From Candidatus Binatia bacterium (GTDB taxonomy: Bacteria; Desulfobacterota; Binatia; UBA9968; CAXXLF01), in assembly GCA_963664015.2 (NCBI GenBank), contig CAXXLF010000002.1, positions 1,536,001-1,600,000 on the forward strand: a stretch of 64,000 bases of DNA, in the 5' to 3' direction. Below are positions 49,402 through 59,455 of the stretch, piece after piece. A program made the position numbers and the translations under genes. Numbering within the stretch: position 1 is the stretch's first letter; each line of letters starts with the position of its first letter. The notes beneath the pieces are model-generated. The model saw only the letters and a program-made list of their open reading frames with translations, ran no database searches and had not been told where the DNA came from.

Positions 49402-50262
49402 ATGCAAGCTGAGTTCTTCGCCTTGATTGCCGCCATCGGGTGGGCCGTTAACGGAATATTTATCCGTAAAGGGTCCCGTACGGGGAATGTATTCGCCGCG
49501 ACCCTGTTGAGCTTTATTGCCACGGTGATCTTTCTGTGGTCCTACCTCTTTCTCACACAATCCGTCCATCTCGTTCGGTCCGAGGCCGCCCTTTATTTTG
49601 TCCTCAGCGGACTCATGCAACCATTGATAACCCGCATTCTCTCCTACATAGGAGTCGCACGGCTTGGGGTATCTCGCTCCGCCCCGCTCCGAAACTCCGA
49701 CCCCCTGTACGCGGTTTTGATTGCGGTTATTTTTCTGCAGGAACAACCGACCTACCTCGTCTATCTGGGAACCGCCCTGACCGTTGGCGGGGCATGGGTC
49801 ATTTTGTCCAGCCGTGATGAAAAGGGCGGATTCAGACTTTTCGACGCCCTCTTTCCGCTCGGGGCAGCCCTTCTCGCTGCCGTGTCGCACAACTTACGCA
49901 GGTTCGGCTTACTGATCCTGCCCAACCCCTTTGTAGCTGCAGCCATCACCACCACGACGTCGCTGACGCTGTTCTGCGCTTATCTGCTGATCAGCGGCAA
50001 GATCAAATTCTGTCGACCTGAGCGCGACAGTTTTTCTTCCTTTGGAATAGCCGCCCTCGTATCCGTAGGTGCACAGCTTTTTACCTTCGCAGCACTCAAC
50101 AAAGGGAGCGTTCCCGTGGTCGTTCCCCTTCTCAGCACGGTCCCGTTGTTCTCTATCCTCCTCAGTTTCTTTTTTATCAGGCGGCTGGAGTCCATCACCG
50201 GTTGGGTGGTCCTAGGGGCAGTCTTGACCGTTAGTGGCGTCATTCTCATTACCAACCGTTAG
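49402..50262 (+). CDS. EamA/DMT family transporter
   Basis: Two hydrophobic repeats, about 10 TM; GVSRSAPL, FLQE, RRLESI. Confidence 0.85.
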   Translation: MQAEFFALIAAIGWAVNGIFIRKGSRTGNVFAATLLSFIATVIFLWSYLFLTQSVHLVRSEAALYFVLSGLMQPLITRILSYIGVARLGVSRSAPLRNSDPLYAVLIAVIFLQEQPTYLVYLGTALTVGGAWVILSSRDEKGGFRLFDALFPLGAALLAAVSHNLRRFGLLILPNPFVAAAITTTTSLTLFCAYLLISGKIKFCRPERDSFSSFGIAALVSVGAQLFTFAALNKGSVPVVVPLLSTVPLFSILLSFFFIRRLESITGWVVLGAVLTVSGVILITNR

Positions 50263-50454
50263 CCTGATCCGATTCTTTCCATATCGTTACCTTGGCCATT
50301 GAATCACTCCTTGCAATCCTCAAGATAAAGCGATAGGCCACCGGTGGGAGAAGAGGCTCAAGGAAAAAGGTAAAAATCAAAAAGGGCTCCTGACGGAGCC
50401 CAGATAAGAAAAAGACAGAATGTTCCATTGCGCGAGCAATAACGGGAGGCGGAA

Positions 50455-51420
50455 GTGAAAAATATCGGTTTGATCGGTTTGGGCAATGCGGGAGGACCCC
50501 TCGGCGAGAGACTGCTTAATAAGGGTTTCCCCTTGAAGGTATATGACCTGAACCCGCAGGCGGTGGAGACCTTGGTCAAACTCGGGGCTGAGAAGGCCGG
50601 GACCCCCGAAGCCGCGACCGTGGAAGTCACCATTACCATTCTACCCTCTTCCGTTGAGGTGAGAGCAGCAGTCCTGGGAGAAAGAGGAGTCCTGGCCGGA
50701 ATCCAACCCGGCTTTACCCTTATCGACCTGAGCGGGACCGACCCCGAATGCGCCCGCGATCTGGAGCGACGGATCGAAGCAAAAAGCGGTGGGTTCCTTG
50801 GCGGAACTTTGCACGCCGCCGGGGCGCCGTCGGTCACCATTCCCAAGGGCCTCCTCTCCATCGCCATCGGCGGGAAAAAAGAGGTAATCGCCTCGTCCAT
50901 GGAGGTCCTGAAGGCCCTGGCACAAAAGATCATTTGCGTAAACGAGGCCTCCTCGCCCAAGGCCATGAAGATCGCTGTTATCCTTTTTGCCATCTCCGAT
51001 AGCATCATCACCACCGAGATCTGCACCTGGCTGCAGGCACAAGGGATCGATCCCATGACCTTTCTCCGGCTTCTACAAACCACGGGATCCCGGGCTGCGG
51101 CCAACCGCATCGAAGAGTTTATGAGCAGGCACAAGAGCTACGGCGGTACCCTGAGCAACATCGAGAAGGACATCCGTCAGGCCGTCCAGGTGGCATCGGC
51201 TTTGAATATCCCCTTGCCCTTCCTCAACACAGCCAACGAGATCGTGGAACAGAGCGGCACCCTGGGCTCCAACCGCATCACCCCGGGAGCCGCCTTCGGG
51301 AAATTGTACGAAACCCGTACCGGTGTCAATTTGAGCCGAGCCGTAAAGGAGCGTGAACGGAGCTTCCCTGAATTCCAGGAACCGCAGGTTTACTATCTGG
51401 AGGACACGGAAGAGAGTTAG
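50455..51420 (+). CDS. NAD(P)-dependent oxidoreductase, beta-hydroxyacid dehydrogenase family
   Basis: IGLIGLGNAG; IDLS; KAMK; KDI. Confidence 0.8.
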   Translation: MKNIGLIGLGNAGGPLGERLLNKGFPLKVYDLNPQAVETLVKLGAEKAGTPEAATVEVTITILPSSVEVRAAVLGERGVLAGIQPGFTLIDLSGTDPECARDLERRIEAKSGGFLGGTLHAAGAPSVTIPKGLLSIAIGGKKEVIASSMEVLKALAQKIICVNEASSPKAMKIAVILFAISDSIITTEICTWLQAQGIDPMTFLRLLQTTGSRAAANRIEEFMSRHKSYGGTLSNIEKDIRQAVQVASALNIPLPFLNTANEIVEQSGTLGSNRITPGAAFGKLYETRTGVNLSRAVKERERSFPEFQEPQVYYLEDTEES

Positions 51421-51532
51421 CCGCTAATCGTAACTCGTCCGGTAAGATAATTAACCTGGCATTTGGACCGAATGATCGCTCTCTGGGCCTAAGAACCAAG
51501 CGATACAGGACAAGATCGAAACGCAACCACCC

Positions 51533-53401
51533 CTACCAGGCGGAACGGATATACCAGAGTCCCCCATTGGGTAAGGTCGGTCGCAGGATAGAGTTGACTT
51601 TCGAGAGATCGATTGGATCCGAGTTTTGTGGCGGCTTGGGGTAAGAAAGCTGGAATCGCTTCTCGTTTAATAGATACATATGGACGTCGAAGTCGACGTA
51701 TTTGAACGGTCTGGATTTCCTATCCTTGCGCAGCATAATAAACCCGTGCTCGTTTTGAGCACTGAATTCGCTCAGGAATTCGTCTTTCCAAGCGCCGCCA
51801 TCTTCTGCAAGATCCGTCGGAGTGTCCTGGGCGCTAAGCGCGTCAAAGGCAAACCGGTTATCGATTTCCAGGATCGAGTAAAACGGGAGAACGGTCTTGA
51901 ATCCCGCCAATCGCATGGTGTTGGAATGGATAGGCCAGGTGCCGCTATGTTTGATCTGGATCGGGCGGCCCGTTCCGTCCCGTTGAAAGAGCACATAGAG
52001 GCCGGAAGCGTCGAGCGCTGCGAACCCGTCGTCGGCAAGTCGCTTCCTGACGAAATGGTAGAATTCTCGGCTGTAGAGCTTCGAAAGATTGTAGTCCATG
52101 ACGTCCGGGAAGTCCATGTAAATGGCATCGTATTTCTTACCAGCATAGTTGCGCAGGTATTGGAACCCATCCATAAAAATGCTGCGAACCCGCGGGTTGT
52201 GAAAGGATCCCTGGTTCATGGTCCTGAGGATGGGATGGGTCTTTGCCAGGTCTACCAGCTTTTGATCGATGTCGACGTGAACGATGCTTTTTATTTCCTT
52301 GTATTTGAGAAGTTCCCGATGAATAAGACCGTCACCGCCCCCCAGGACCAGAACCCGTTCCGGCACCTTGCCGCCCATGATGATTGGGACATGGGCAAAC
52401 CATTCGTGATAAACTTCTTCAACATTAGAGGCGAACTGGAAATCTCCGTTGAGAAATAGAAAGTGGTTCTTCGGCTGCCGCGGGTCTTCGAAAAACTTGG
52501 AAGAGTAGTGTTCAATGAAATCGTCATAGGGATCGGGATCCCGGACGATATCAATTTTTTGATACGGGGAGCTCTCCCGAAAGACATCCGGTAATTCGGG
52601 CATCGGTTCGATCAAAGAGGCCAAGTTAAAAGAGGCCTCTTGGTAGTAGTAGTACTTTTTCAACGCATACTGCTCGATCTTTCTTGCGGACAAGCAACCG
52701 AGCACGAGCACCGCGGCAAAGGCCCCACACCCGGCCAATTTTAGGATCGTACGGGGGCGTTGGAAGAGAAATCGGAGCAGAATGTAGGCTGCGATGAGCA
52801 GGTTGAGAGCGGCGATGGCAAAGCCAATGGTGTGGAGATCCAGAAACGGGACCAGATAGATGGGAAAAGTGATGCCTGCCGCCAGGGCTCCGATATAATC
52901 CCAACCGAGCACCCTATTGGTTACCTTCGTTCCGGCGGCCGCCTTGTTGCCGAGATGGATGAGGAGCGGCAACTCCGTGCCTGTGAGAATTCCGATCAGA
53001 AATGTAATCGCAAACCAGATGCCGAAGAAGACGACACTGCCCAGAACCAACGAGTTCCGGGTGGTTTGAAAAAGGTAAAAGAAATGGCCGAAATTCAACA
53101 AGATAACGGCGGATGCACCAACGAGGCTGAGCAGGATCTCGACCCGAAAGAGGCGGCTCCAGTCCTCAGATTCAGTCGGCGGTCCACAGAGGATCGCACC
53201 CACGCCCATGGCGGCCAGATAGGTACCAATCGTGACGCTGTACCAGACAACCATGTTCCCGGCCATCAGACTCAACGTCTGCGCCACAAGTAACTCGTAC
53301 AGCAGACTGCACCCGGAGAGAATAAACGACAGGACGCACACACTTGCCAAGGACGCCTTTGGCGGAACGCCGAGTAACGAGGTTGGCTTACTAATGTTCA
53401 A
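51533..53401 (-). CDS. Membrane-anchored spermidine synthase-like aminopropyltransferase
   Basis: N-terminal TM domain (LSGCSLLYELL, GTELPLL, DYIGAL), then SPYQKI, LFLNGDFQF, YHE, LGGGDG, VDID, DFPD. Confidence 0.8.
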   Translation of the reverse strand: MNISKPTSLLGVPPKASLASVCVLSFILSGCSLLYELLVAQTLSLMAGNMVVWYSVTIGTYLAAMGVGAILCGPPTESEDWSRLFRVEILLSLVGASAVILLNFGHFFYLFQTTRNSLVLGSVVFFGIWFAITFLIGILTGTELPLLIHLGNKAAAGTKVTNRVLGWDYIGALAAGITFPIYLVPFLDLHTIGFAIAALNLLIAAYILLRFLFQRPRTILKLAGCGAFAAVLVLGCLSARKIEQYALKKYYYYQEASFNLASLIEPMPELPDVFRESSPYQKIDIVRDPDPYDDFIEHYSSKFFEDPRQPKNHFLFLNGDFQFASNVEEVYHEWFAHVPIIMGGKVPERVLVLGGGDGLIHRELLKYKEIKSIVHVDIDQKLVDLAKTHPILRTMNQGSFHNPRVRSIFMDGFQYLRNYAGKKYDAIYMDFPDVMDYNLSKLYSREFYHFVRKRLADDGFAALDASGLYVLFQRDGTGRPIQIKHSGTWPIHSNTMRLAGFKTVLPFYSILEIDNRFAFDALSAQDTPTDLAEDGGAWKDEFLSEFSAQNEHGFIMLRKDRKSRPFKYVDFDVHMYLLNEKRFQLSYPKPPQNSDPIDLSKVNSILRPTLPNGGLWYIRSAW

Positions 53402-53424
53402 CTTGACCTCGGACCCATTTCCGC

Positions 53425-54105
53425 TCAGGTTCCCAGGTAGTACCTTAGAAAGAGTTCGTTGATGTCACTGCCCGATGCAAGGCACACGACCATAATAACC
53501 AGCAGAACAGACTGCACACCGATCAGCGCCCCCGCCAGCCTCTTTTCCTGCGGTTGGACTTTACCCAACTGAGTCCATAACGCCACTCCTACCAGAGCGT
53601 TGAGGGAAGCCACGAAAAACGCCGTGGGGATGAGTCCCACGATGGGATAGAAAAGGAACGCAAAAACCACGGTGCCACAGAACGCACCCAGATAATCGAT
53701 TCCCAAGACCGAATTTTCAGACTGGCCGGTCTCGATATTTTTCAATTGAATGAGTAGCGGGATTTCAAACCCGGTAAAGATCCCGATGATAATGATCAGG
53801 GAATGCGCCAGTGTTGAGAACGCCAGCGAGGGCATACCGATGGAGTCCAGCACAAGAAGGGAGATCACGGAAAAGCCACCGGTCACAGTCAACAATACTT
53901 CGACCGTAAGCAGAGTGACGACGGGACGTTTAACGAATCTCCCTTCGGCCATTAAGCAACCGACCCCCATGGAAAGCATGTACAGCCCGATGGTGACGCT
54001 GTAGCGCAATACCGTGTTACCTAGAAATGCAGAGAGTGATTGTCCCAGCAGAAGCTCGTAGGCAATACTGCAAAAAGCCAATATGAATGTGAAGACGTAT
54101 ATCAT
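53425..54105 (-). CDS. Stand-alone membrane domain of the spermidine-synthase-fusion type
   Basis: CSIAYELL, YSVTIGLY, GFEIPLL, DYLGA; parallels the N-terminus of 51533..53401. Confidence 0.75.
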   Translation of the reverse strand: MIYVFTFILAFCSIAYELLLGQSLSAFLGNTVLRYSVTIGLYMLSMGVGCLMAEGRFVKRPVVTLLTVEVLLTVTGGFSVISLLVLDSIGMPSLAFSTLAHSLIIIIGIFTGFEIPLLIQLKNIETGQSENSVLGIDYLGAFCGTVVFAFLFYPIVGLIPTAFFVASLNALVGVALWTQLGKVQPQEKRLAGALIGVQSVLLVIMVVCLASGSDINELFLRYYLGT

Positions 54106-54183
54106 CGAAACCCCTCAGTGTCGGACTCTAAAATAGTGCGCCTGGAATTACAAATGAAACGATGTTTTTCATAGGTGCTCGGG

Positions 54184-56268
54184 TCACTCCCAATTCAGTA
54201 ACGGCAGAAGGCTAGTGTATTCATCGGTCCAAAGCCGTACTTGGTCGTACTTCTCCGTATTTTCCGTCGCCGCCAGAAGCAGTGGCCCCGCGAGGACCTC
54301 CTCATCCCGTGCCAGGATCATCCAGTGGGCCCCCCAATTCTGATTGGGACCCATTTTAGAGTCAATTCTTATGGCTGCCAGGTCGAAATGGTCCGCCAGA
54401 CGCCTGATCACAGGCTCGAAATCGAGATGAAAGGTATCGATCAACAGGGCGAGCACCCCATCGGGCTTGAGATGGCGAAGGTAGGTCTCGAAGGCCTCTG
54501 CAGTCAACAGATGCACAGGAATAGCGTCGCCCGAGAAGGCATCGAGCAAGAGGATATCGAACTCCTGTGGCGGCTCCCGCTCTAAAGACAAACGGGCATC
54601 ACCCATAACGATCTCGATATCCGCCGGGGAGTCTTTTAGATAGGAAAAGTAGGACTCGGCCAGGCGCCGGATTTCCGGGTTGATTTCGTAGACCCTCACC
54701 GTATCCTCCGCGCCGGCGTAGGTAACGAGGGTACCCGCTCCCAACCCTACCAGACCGATGCGCCGCTGGCGCTGGGGGGAGAGGTATCGGAAGGCCAGTC
54801 CAGCCCCGCTCTCCTCGGTGTAATAACCTGTCGCCAGATGGCGCTTATCAGAAGCCGTGAACTGCGCCCCGTGGAGAACCCGGCCGTGGCGCAGGTGGAG
54901 TTGCTCCCCGGGTAAACCGGGGGAGAGCTTCAGAATGGTCAAGATACCGTAGAAGTTTCGGGTCTGGATGATTGCCGATCGGAGCGGTTCCCGGGCCTGA
55001 ACAATAAACAACGCTACGATGACCCCGTACGAGACAAGCAGGGGAATCGTCCCCCACGAAACGCCTCTTTGATGAAACCAGGAGCGTTTGTCTGCGTAAA
55101 GGGCAACAAAGCAGAGCGCCCCGGTGCCGAGCAAGCCGATATGGAGTTCGAAATAATCGACGAAAAGGAACGGCGCGACGAGCGTTACGAACACGCCGCC
55201 CAAGGCCCCTCCCAGTGCGATCATCAGGTAGTAACCGGTCAGGTATCTGGGATGGGGTTTCAGGCGGCTGAGTTCACCATGGCAAACCATACAGCAAACG
55301 AAAAGGACCAGGAGATAGGTTATCAGCTGGGATATGACGCTGGTGTGGTGCTGCCCCCAAACCATAACGAGGGCAGCCATCAAGGCCGGGAGAAGTACGG
55401 AGACAAAGACCCGGCGAGAATACCAGCGTTCCCCCTCGAAGCACAGGATGAAGGTCAAGAGATAAATGGACAAGGGCAATACCCAGAGGAACGGGACGAC
55501 GACCAGGTCCATGGTAATCTGGTTAGTGACCGCCAGGAGCAGCACCGCCGCACAGGCCGAGAGCAACAGCCAGAGAGCGACCGTCCCGGCGGACGGGCGT
55601 TGGAACACCTCATCCGGTGAATCGGGCCGCGCCTGCGCTGTCGATTCTGTCGCCCCGCGCCTCCAGATTCCCCAAGCACAGATGATGGATGCCAACGCAA
55701 AGACTGCAAAACCAATCCCCCAGAAATGCGCTTGGACGCTCCTGGAAAAAACCGGCTCGAAGACGAACGGATAGCTCAGTAGAGCAAGCAGGGAACCCGT
55801 ATTGGACAGAGCGTAGAGCCGGTAGGGAGAAACCCCTGGGTGTTCGCTGCTGAACCAGGCCTGCATCAGCGGCGTTGTTGAGGCAAGAACAAAGTAAGGA
55901 AGGCCGAGGGACACGCCGAGCAGTAATAGGATGTCCGACGTGGGCGTAGACGAAGAGAGCGGTTTCCAATCGCCGTCCGGTGTGATGGGTAGCTGGAGCA
56001 AGGCCGCCAACAGGATGGCGCCGTGCAGCGCTGCCTGCACGCGAGGCCCGAACTTGCGGACACTCAGATGAGCGTATCCGTAGCCCGCGAAAAGAAAGAC
56101 CTGAAAAAATAAAATGCAGGTCGGCCACACCGACGGCCCACCGCCAAACCAGGGTAAGACATACTTGGCGATCAGGGGTTGCACCTGAAAGAGAAGAAAC
56201 GCCGAGACAAAGATCGTTACGGCGTAAGGAAGGATGCCCGCCGTCGGGAGAAACGTGTACCGAGTCAT
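54184..56268 (-). CDS. Fused MFS-like/spermidine synthase-like SAM-dependent transferase
   Basis: SAFLLFQVQP, PYRLYALSN, CHGEL, RNFYG, HG.Q, GLGAG, YEINP, GDAR, DAFSGDAIPVHLLT. Confidence 0.85.
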   Translation of the reverse strand: MTRYTFLPTAGILPYAVTIFVSAFLLFQVQPLIAKYVLPWFGGGPSVWPTCILFFQVFLFAGYGYAHLSVRKFGPRVQAALHGAILLAALLQLPITPDGDWKPLSSSTPTSDILLLLGVSLGLPYFVLASTTPLMQAWFSSEHPGVSPYRLYALSNTGSLLALLSYPFVFEPVFSRSVQAHFWGIGFAVFALASIICAWGIWRRGATESTAQARPDSPDEVFQRPSAGTVALWLLLSACAAVLLLAVTNQITMDLVVVPFLWVLPLSIYLLTFILCFEGERWYSRRVFVSVLLPALMAALVMVWGQHHTSVISQLITYLLVLFVCCMVCHGELSRLKPHPRYLTGYYLMIALGGALGGVFVTLVAPFLFVDYFELHIGLLGTGALCFVALYADKRSWFHQRGVSWGTIPLLVSYGVIVALFIVQAREPLRSAIIQTRNFYGILTILKLSPGLPGEQLHLRHGRVLHGAQFTASDKRHLATGYYTEESGAGLAFRYLSPQRQRRIGLVGLGAGTLVTYAGAEDTVRVYEINPEIRRLAESYFSYLKDSPADIEIVMGDARLSLEREPPQEFDILLLDAFSGDAIPVHLLTAEAFETYLRHLKPDGVLALLIDTFHLDFEPVIRRLADHFDLAAIRIDSKMGPNQNWGAHWMILARDEEVLAGPLLLAATENTEKYDQVRLWTDEYTSLLPLLNWE

Positions 56269-56497
56269 CTTCGAACATCACCCACGACGAGAGTTGGATC
56301 CAACCGGGAACGCCCACGGGCCCGGGAACCGTTTTTTCGGTTAATGTTCGGCTGCCCTACCATGAAGCAGAAGCTACCCAAGCCTGCGGCCTATTGCAAA
56401 CTGGCCTGTTGGGCCGAGCCATGAGAAACCCGTTGGGGCCATAGGACCAGGACCGGCGGGGCGGTGAATCGAGTTCAGGACGAAGGGGGACTCTTTC

Positions 56498-58120
56498 TCA
56501 ATCCAAATGAATGTCCACGACAATGAAGTCATCGGACCCAAGCGCGTCCTGGAGCACTGGCCGCACCTGTTCCCGTTGAGTTACAGTAACACCCTTGGCG
56601 TCATAAAGCTCCGCAAGACGTGCGAGGTCGGGGACGAAGAGGTTCGTACCGATCACTCGTCCGCCGTAGTTCTTCAGTTGGTCGCGCTTCATACCGCCGT
56701 AGGCGTTGTTGCGGAGCACGATGACCAGAACAGGTATGCCGTGCAGGCGGGCGGTGGCGAGCTCTTGTTGTTCCATCATAAACGAGCCGTCCCCCGTGAC
56801 GCAGACCACCCGTGTATCGGGAAGACCCAGTTTCACTCCAAGAGATGTCGCGAAAGCCGTCCCGATGGCACGGAACTCCCCGGCATGAATGAGCGGCCTC
56901 GATGCGTCAGTATGGCGGATCACTTCGCCGGTCAGCCCCGAGGCGACCAGGATCTCTTTGCCGGTCAACAGCTCGTTCAGAGTCGCCAGGGCAAAATCCT
57001 TGGTCAGCCCCTGACCCTCGATCTGTTTTTTCAGATCGCTGTGCCAAGCCCGTTTCGCCTCCTGGATCTCGGAAGCCCTCTTGTCAGTCCGCGCAGCCGG
57101 TTTTTTCCGTTTAACCTCGGTAATGATCGCGCGCAGCGCGGCCTTGGCATCCGCCTGGATTGCAAGGTGACTAGGAAAATTGCGACCAAGCTCACGAGGG
57201 TCGATGTCGACCTGGATGATCTTGACTTTTTCAGGGATAATCCGGTGGCCGAAGCGCAAGGTGGTTCCTTCACTGAAAGTTGTTCCCAGAGCTAGAATGA
57301 GGTCCGACTCGATGAGAAATTTTTGCGCGTAGGGCCTCCCACCGACCCCCGGGCATCCCAGGGCGAGGGGATGATCTTCTGGAAAGACACCCTTAGCCGT
57401 ATAACTAGCCACCACCGGCAACGACAGGTGCTCCGCCAGCTCTCGAACCTCCTCCCCGGCACCGGACCAGTCGACCCCGGTCCCGACCAGGACCACGGGC
57501 GCGCTCGCCTCGAGCAAAAGCTCGGCGGCGGATTCGGCCGCCCGCGGGTCGATGGAGGGAAATACGGGGGCGGCGGGTTGCGACAGGTGTAAGGCCTCGG
57601 GCACAGGAGCGCTCTGCACGTCCGTTGGAATACCCAAGTAAACCGGCCCCGGCCGGCCATGGGTGGTCAGTCGGAAAAGCGGGTCCAACACGGTGCCAAC
57701 CTCTCCCGCGCGCTCGAGCTTGAAACTCTGCTTAGTAATGGGTTGAAACAGTCCAGCATGGTCCATCCCATGCCACGAGGACCACGGCCCTTTCGCGTTG
57801 GATGCCGAATCGATTTCCGAGGATATGACGAATAGGGGGACCGATTCTTTATGGGCCTGGGCTACGGCTGTTGTGATATTGGTGGCACCTCCCCCTGCGG
57901 AGACCAGGCAGACCGCCGGCTGCTTGGTCGCGCGGGCGTAACCGAGGGCCATATTACCTGCGCCTCCCTCATGCTGAGCCTGGACAAATTTAAGGTTAGG
58001 ACGCTTCGCGATAGCATCGCCAAGGGCAAAAGAACTATGCGCGAGAATTCCGAAGATGTACCGGACCCCTCTCGAACTCAAATACTCGACGACCGCATCC
58101 GATAGGTTTGCTTCCGCCAT
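56498..58120 (-). CDS. Thiamine pyrophosphate-binding enzyme (acetolactate synthase-like)
   Basis: HEGGA, GRPGPV, GDGSF...NN TPP motif. Confidence 0.88.
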   Translation of the reverse strand: MAEANLSDAVVEYLSSRGVRYIFGILAHSSFALGDAIAKRPNLKFVQAQHEGGAGNMALGYARATKQPAVCLVSAGGGATNITTAVAQAHKESVPLFVISSEIDSASNAKGPWSSWHGMDHAGLFQPITKQSFKLERAGEVGTVLDPLFRLTTHGRPGPVYLGIPTDVQSAPVPEALHLSQPAAPVFPSIDPRAAESAAELLLEASAPVVLVGTGVDWSGAGEEVRELAEHLSLPVVASYTAKGVFPEDHPLALGCPGVGGRPYAQKFLIESDLILALGTTFSEGTTLRFGHRIIPEKVKIIQVDIDPRELGRNFPSHLAIQADAKAALRAIITEVKRKKPAARTDKRASEIQEAKRAWHSDLKKQIEGQGLTKDFALATLNELLTGKEILVASGLTGEVIRHTDASRPLIHAGEFRAIGTAFATSLGVKLGLPDTRVVCVTGDGSFMMEQQELATARLHGIPVLVIVLRNNAYGGMKRDQLKNYGGRVIGTNLFVPDLARLAELYDAKGVTVTQREQVRPVLQDALGSDDFIVVDIHLD

Positions 58121-58270
58121 GGTGCCCGTCCTCCTCTACGTTAGGTAATGATAGGCCTCCTTAGTTCAGGTAGGCTCAAAAAGCAACAGGGGATCGAAGA
58201 TTGACAGGTCGTGGGGAATAGACTAAAGAGGCCGGAGATCAACAATAAACCGGTTTCACGGAGGAAAAAG

Positions 58271-59413
58271 ATGTTAGACGGTTACCGCCTTTTTGACGCC
58301 GACGCCCATGTCAGCCTGAGCCCGCGCATGTGGGAGGACCTGGCGGCAGAGTATGCGGTACGGCGACCGCGTCCGGTCAAAGCAAGCGATGCCGCCGACT
58401 CGGGCCGCTACAGCAGCGGCTGGATGATCGACGGCCGAATTATCCCACGTCCAACAGGGCGGGGCGCCCAGCCGGCCAACACACCGTCGGCTATCCTGGA
58501 AGAATTCGGCGCGGCACCTAACCGCAATGAGTTTCCCATCGGGAGCCGGGACCTCTCCGATCCCCAGTCACGTCTCCGCGACATGGACCGACTAGGAATC
58601 GACTACCAGGTCTTGTTCCCGAGCACGCTGTACACCCGCATGACCGAGGATCCGGGTTTTGAGGCGGCTCTGTGGCGTTCCTATAACCGCTACATGGGAC
58701 GGCAGTGCAAATTCGAAGGGAAACGACTCAAATGGGCGGGACTTCTCCCCCTAAGAGACACGAAACAGGCGCTGTTAGCTCTGGAGGAGCTTCAAACTCT
58801 GGGCGCATCGGCAGCGGTGGTTTTCGGCACGGTCGGCGAGCTCCCTCTGTCCCACTCGAGCTTCACTCCGGTCTGGGACGAGTTCCACCGCACCGGCCTC
58901 CCGCTCTGCGTTCACATGGGGATGAGCTATCCGGCCTTTGAAGATTTGTGTCACAACATTTTTACCGCCCATGCCATCGGGATGGGAATCCCTGGTCAAC
59001 TTGGCTTTGTTGCGATCGTAGGCCAGGGCATGCTCGACCGTTATCCCGATCTTAAAGTAGCCTTTCTCGAGTTTGGCGCCGAGTGGTTGCTCTACATGGT
59101 TCAGCGCATGGACCATTATTTGCCCTTAGACAAGGAATTGGAAATGCCGGGGACGAACACCCTACCCCGCAAGAGGATCGAGGAGTACGTCAAATCCGGA
59201 AAACTATTCATCGCCCCCGAAGCCGATGACGGGCTGCTTCTCCAGGAAATCCAGTTGATCGGTAAAGGTCAAATCCTTTACGCATCCGATGTCCCCCATA
59301 ACGAAGGCCGGCAAAACGCGGCCGCAGAGATACTCGAGCGAAACGATCTCTCGGTAGATCAAAAACGAATGTTCCTCTATGACAATACGGTGCGCTTCTT
59401 TGGCGAGCCCTAG
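58271..59413 (+). CDS. Amidohydrolase family protein (Amidohydro_2)
   Basis: FDADAH, SYNR, LCVH, ASDVPH; GGAGG RBS. Confidence 0.9.
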   Translation: MLDGYRLFDADAHVSLSPRMWEDLAAEYAVRRPRPVKASDAADSGRYSSGWMIDGRIIPRPTGRGAQPANTPSAILEEFGAAPNRNEFPIGSRDLSDPQSRLRDMDRLGIDYQVLFPSTLYTRMTEDPGFEAALWRSYNRYMGRQCKFEGKRLKWAGLLPLRDTKQALLALEELQTLGASAAVVFGTVGELPLSHSSFTPVWDEFHRTGLPLCVHMGMSYPAFEDLCHNIFTAHAIGMGIPGQLGFVAIVGQGMLDRYPDLKVAFLEFGAEWLLYMVQRMDHYLPLDKELEMPGTNTLPRKRIEEYVKSGKLFIAPEADDGLLLQEIQLIGKGQILYASDVPHNEGRQNAAAEILERNDLSVDQKRMFLYDNTVRFFGEP

Positions 59414-59455
59414 AGGCTAGAGAAAGCGTCATGGGTAGAATCATTAGCCGTCGAT

